A stretch of 64,000 bases of DNA, from positions 310,001-374,000 of the forward strand of contig OZ237770.1 in the NCBI GenBank assembly GCA_965178125.1. Reading direction: 5' to 3'. The stretch comes from Bilabrum cf. latius. Lineage: Eukaryota. Below the pieces are notes generated by a model. The model ran no database searches. It had not been told where the DNA came from and saw only the letters and a program-made list of their open reading frames with translations. Both the position numbers and the translations under genes were made by a program. Of the stretch, positions 60,896 through 64,000 are shown in pieces. Position 1 is the first letter of the stretch. The number at the start of each line of letters is the position of its first letter.

Positions 60896-63511
60896 TCACG
60901 TGACAGTCCTTCCAGACCCCCCGAACAGCCGCCGCACCGTGGTCTCCATGCCCCAGGCAGCGGCCGGATCCGATTGGGCCAGCGCCTGGGCCTGCTCCAG
61001 CGCCCGGATGGCCTTGGCGGTGGCAGGCGACAGGATGCTGGCCGCACTCGTCACACCAATACCACCGCGTTTGCCGGGGCTGGCGCTTGTCCCTGTCCCG
61101 AATGCCGCTGACTTCCCTAGGCCGATGCCAGCACTCGTCACACGCTGGTCCACCGCCCTTCGAGTGGACTGCGCGGCTCGCTTGAGCGCAGCCAGCCCGC
61201 GCACCGCCGACTGGTGCAGCCCCGGCGCACTCGTCACACCCGAACGCATCGAGTGCCCACCGCCGCCGCCCCGGAAGGAGCTCGTCGAGCTCGCGGCATG
61301 TTCCACTCTGCCGGCGCCGCGCATTGCGTCCTCTACGATGGAAGCCCGCGTGTCGCCCATGTACCCCCCACGCCCCTGACCCCGTCCCTCGCCGGTTTCT
61401 TTCGATTCCGGATCCCAGTGCACCCGTGCGGTGCTGCTCGCAGCTGCGGCGGACGGCTTGCCGTGGGCCGGATCGGCGGTGTCAGAACCGCCGTGCGCTG
61501 CACCCAGCCCCAGAGCGTCGTCCAGCGAAGCATCCACCGTTCGATCCACCGCGGCACCACCACCGTGCGATGCACCCGCCCCACGGAATCCGGTCCGACC
61601 ACCGCCCAGCCGCACCCCGCTGGCACCCATCCCGCTCGCACTCGTCACACCGAGCCTCGCCGCCTCGCTCTGCGCCTCCCTTAGCATCCTCTCGGTGCTC
61701 TCCTTCTCCTCTTTCCTCCTCCTCTCCCCCTCTTGCTCTAGGGCACGGCGGTACTCCGCCGCCTCCCGCTGGGACCTCCGGAGGTTCTCCTCCATCTCGT
61801 GCCTCACCGACTCCGATCGAGCGGCCTCGGCGGCTGCCAGGTCCCTCTGCAGCGTCTCACGGGCCTCGTCGACTTCCTGGGCGCTGCGGCGGGCCGCCTC
61901 CAGCGCGTCGCGCAGCTCCCCCTCGAGTTCCGCAGCGCGGCGCCGCAAGGAATCCTCCCGCCGACCAGCGGAGGACTCGGCCTCCCGCAGCCGGGCCCGC
62001 AGGGAGCTGGCCTCGCCCTCCGCGGTTGCAACCGCCTGAAGGGCTTGGTCTCGCTCGCGCTCCAGGGCGGAGCACCGGCCCGCGAGTACGGTGAGGTCCG
62101 AGCGAACCTTCGCGAACTCCTCGCCGCGCTTGCTCATCTGCTTCTCCTTCTCCTCCGCCTCTGATTCTGCCTCGGCCGCCCGCTCCGTCGCCTGCCGCAG
62201 CGCCCGCCGTAGCTCCCCCTCCTGCTGCTCCGATCGGCGCAATGCCTCACGGACCTCCTTCAACTCCCCCCGCGCCTCCTCCTCCCCCTGCCGCGCCTGA
62301 CGAGTGCCCTCTACCGCCTCCGATCGAGCCCGTGAGGCATCTCCCTGCAGCTCAGACACGCGGTCCTGGAGCCGCCTGCACTCGGACGAGAGCTCGCGCA
62401 GCCGGGCCCGAAGCGCCCCCGCGGCCTCCTGCGCCTGCTTGCCCTGCTCCTGCACCCTCCGACTCGCCTCCTGACGGGCCCGCTGCGCTTGTTCCCTGGC
62501 ACGCTCTGCCTCCCGCCGAGCCCCCGCAAGCTCCTGCTCGAGCCCCGCCGCTCGCTCCGCCGCTGCCGCTGCCTCGTCCTGCGCCAGCCGCCCTTGTCTC
62601 GTGGCCCCCTCCAGCTCTCGCACCCTCCTCTGGAGCCGATCCACCCGGGACTGGAGCGCGGCCCTCTCCCCCTCCGAGCGGCGGTAGGCCTGGGGGGAGG
62701 GCTGCAGCACGCCCAGGTCACTCGTCACACCGGTGGTGGTGGAGGAAGGGGCGCCGGCAGACTGTGAAGGTTCGCTGATACCCGTCCACTCGGGGACGGT
62801 CGGCGGTGTGACGAGTGATGATTGCAGCGCTGGTGCAGCTGTGATGACTGCTGCTGCGTGGCCCGTCCCACTCGTCACACCATGAGGACTGACGGGTGCC
62901 ACGGTATGGCCGATGGAAGGGGTAGCTGCCGGGCCGTGCGAATGAGGGTGCGCCCCGACGCTTGTGTGACGAGTGGGCTGCGGCTACCAGGAGGCAGCAT
63001 CGTGAGCGAGCACCCCGCTCCGAGCAAGTGCTCCGTTGGGAGCAGCAGCAGTGCCATTGGCAGATGCGTCGTCACGCTGCCAGTGCTGGTCACCGTGCTG
63101 CGTCGAGCCCTGCATCTTGCGGATGGCGTGTGGCGAATGCAATGCACTGCGACGCAGCGGTGCTCCTCCGGGAGCCATGGAAGCGCCCATTCCTAAACCC
63201 GACACGCCCGATTGCGTCGCAGCGACCGATTGCTCGTCCAAGCTGGCGGCGGGATTGCCGCCAGCTGCAAACTGGTCGCCTTTCCCGAGGTCTGCTCCGC
63301 TCCATGCACTCGAATCCTGAAATGTTGATCGTGCGGGTCGCTCAGTACCGTCCTGGCTCGTGGAGCCGCCAGGCTTTGGTGTGTCTGGCGCAAGCTGCGG
63401 CAGCAGCCTTCGCAACTGCTGATGAGGGGAATTGCCTGTGGTTGCCATGCTGCGAGTGTATGAATTAATTAATGGAATTGCAGATTTTACCTGAAACATT
63501 GATCGTCCCAT
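60896..63511 (-). CDS. Long coiled-coil protein
   Basis: 62984-63511 and 60896-62902 are in frame across TAG 62984. E/R/A-rich heptad region. Ends at TGA. Confidence 0.75.
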
Positions 63512-64000
63512 GGCGATGAACTGTCAATGTTTGTTGCACATCGATACGAGCACGTCGACAACACATTCAGCACGTTTCAGCCAGCGAAAGCATCAATGTA
63601 TGAGAGAAAGCGGTAGTTCATTATAATACGGTAAAATCTAGTAGAATGGCGGGTCAAACACTTACGCAGCTCACGAAATATTCAAATCGATCGGTCCGTT
63701 GGGTCATTGGCCGGCGCCGCGGTCGGTCGCGGCTCCGCAGCTGTCGCATCATCACGGTGACAATTGGTCGCTTCCAATCCCGAATCGGTCCCCCCGATTC
63801 CCCGAAAAGCATGCGTTGAGGCATGAATTGCATTGCTACGAGTCGATGGATTCCATTTCAAAATCTATCTCAGCTCAGCTCGCCTAGGTATAACAGTCAA
63901 CAAAGGCCCCTTGCACCAGGGGCCAGCCCAGCAAAGGCACCTCACGCCTCCCCAGCCGCCCCGCTCGCCCCTCCAACCGCCGCACCCCCATCACTCGTCA

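Noticed and set aside
1967-63511. Mass pseudogenisation as the explanation for broken ORFs
   Set aside because: Breaks in host genes are TAG only, keep the frame and leave motifs intact. Random decay would also give TAA, TGA and frameshifts.
1967-63511. Pyrrolysine insertion at UAG
   Set aside because: The context is eukaryotic with introns, TAGs are numerous in unrelated proteins and align with Gln/Glu, and no pyl genes were seen.

Overview
GC-rich eukaryotic (protist-like) nuclear DNA with short GT-AG introns. The main result is that the genome appears to use a non-standard nuclear code in which TAG (UAG) is a sense codon, most likely glutamine, while TAA and TGA remain stops. Most ORFs in the supplied track are pieces of longer genes joined in frame across TAG codons. 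Read this way, the window holds an FG-GAP membrane protein, a major-royal-jelly/yellow protein, a repeat-rich TPR protein, a fucosyltransferase-like gene, a STELLO-fucosyltransferase fusion, a sulfotransferase, a large membrane protein, a coiled-coil protein and seven ankyrin/LRR genes that share one highly similar C-terminal module. Positions 5-18 kb form a transposon nest. It contains an Ngaro-type tyrosine-recombinase retrotransposon (split direct repeats A1-B1-A2-B2, gag, RT-RNase H, and a YR gene visible only with TAG readthrough), a deleted pogo-like DDE element sitting exactly in its B1/A2 junction, and an unclassified TIR element next to it. A Helitron-like insertion splits one ankyrin gene, and the 12-mer GTGTGACGAGTG recurs inside coding sequence in both orientations. 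All translations and alignments were done by eye, and no database searches were run.
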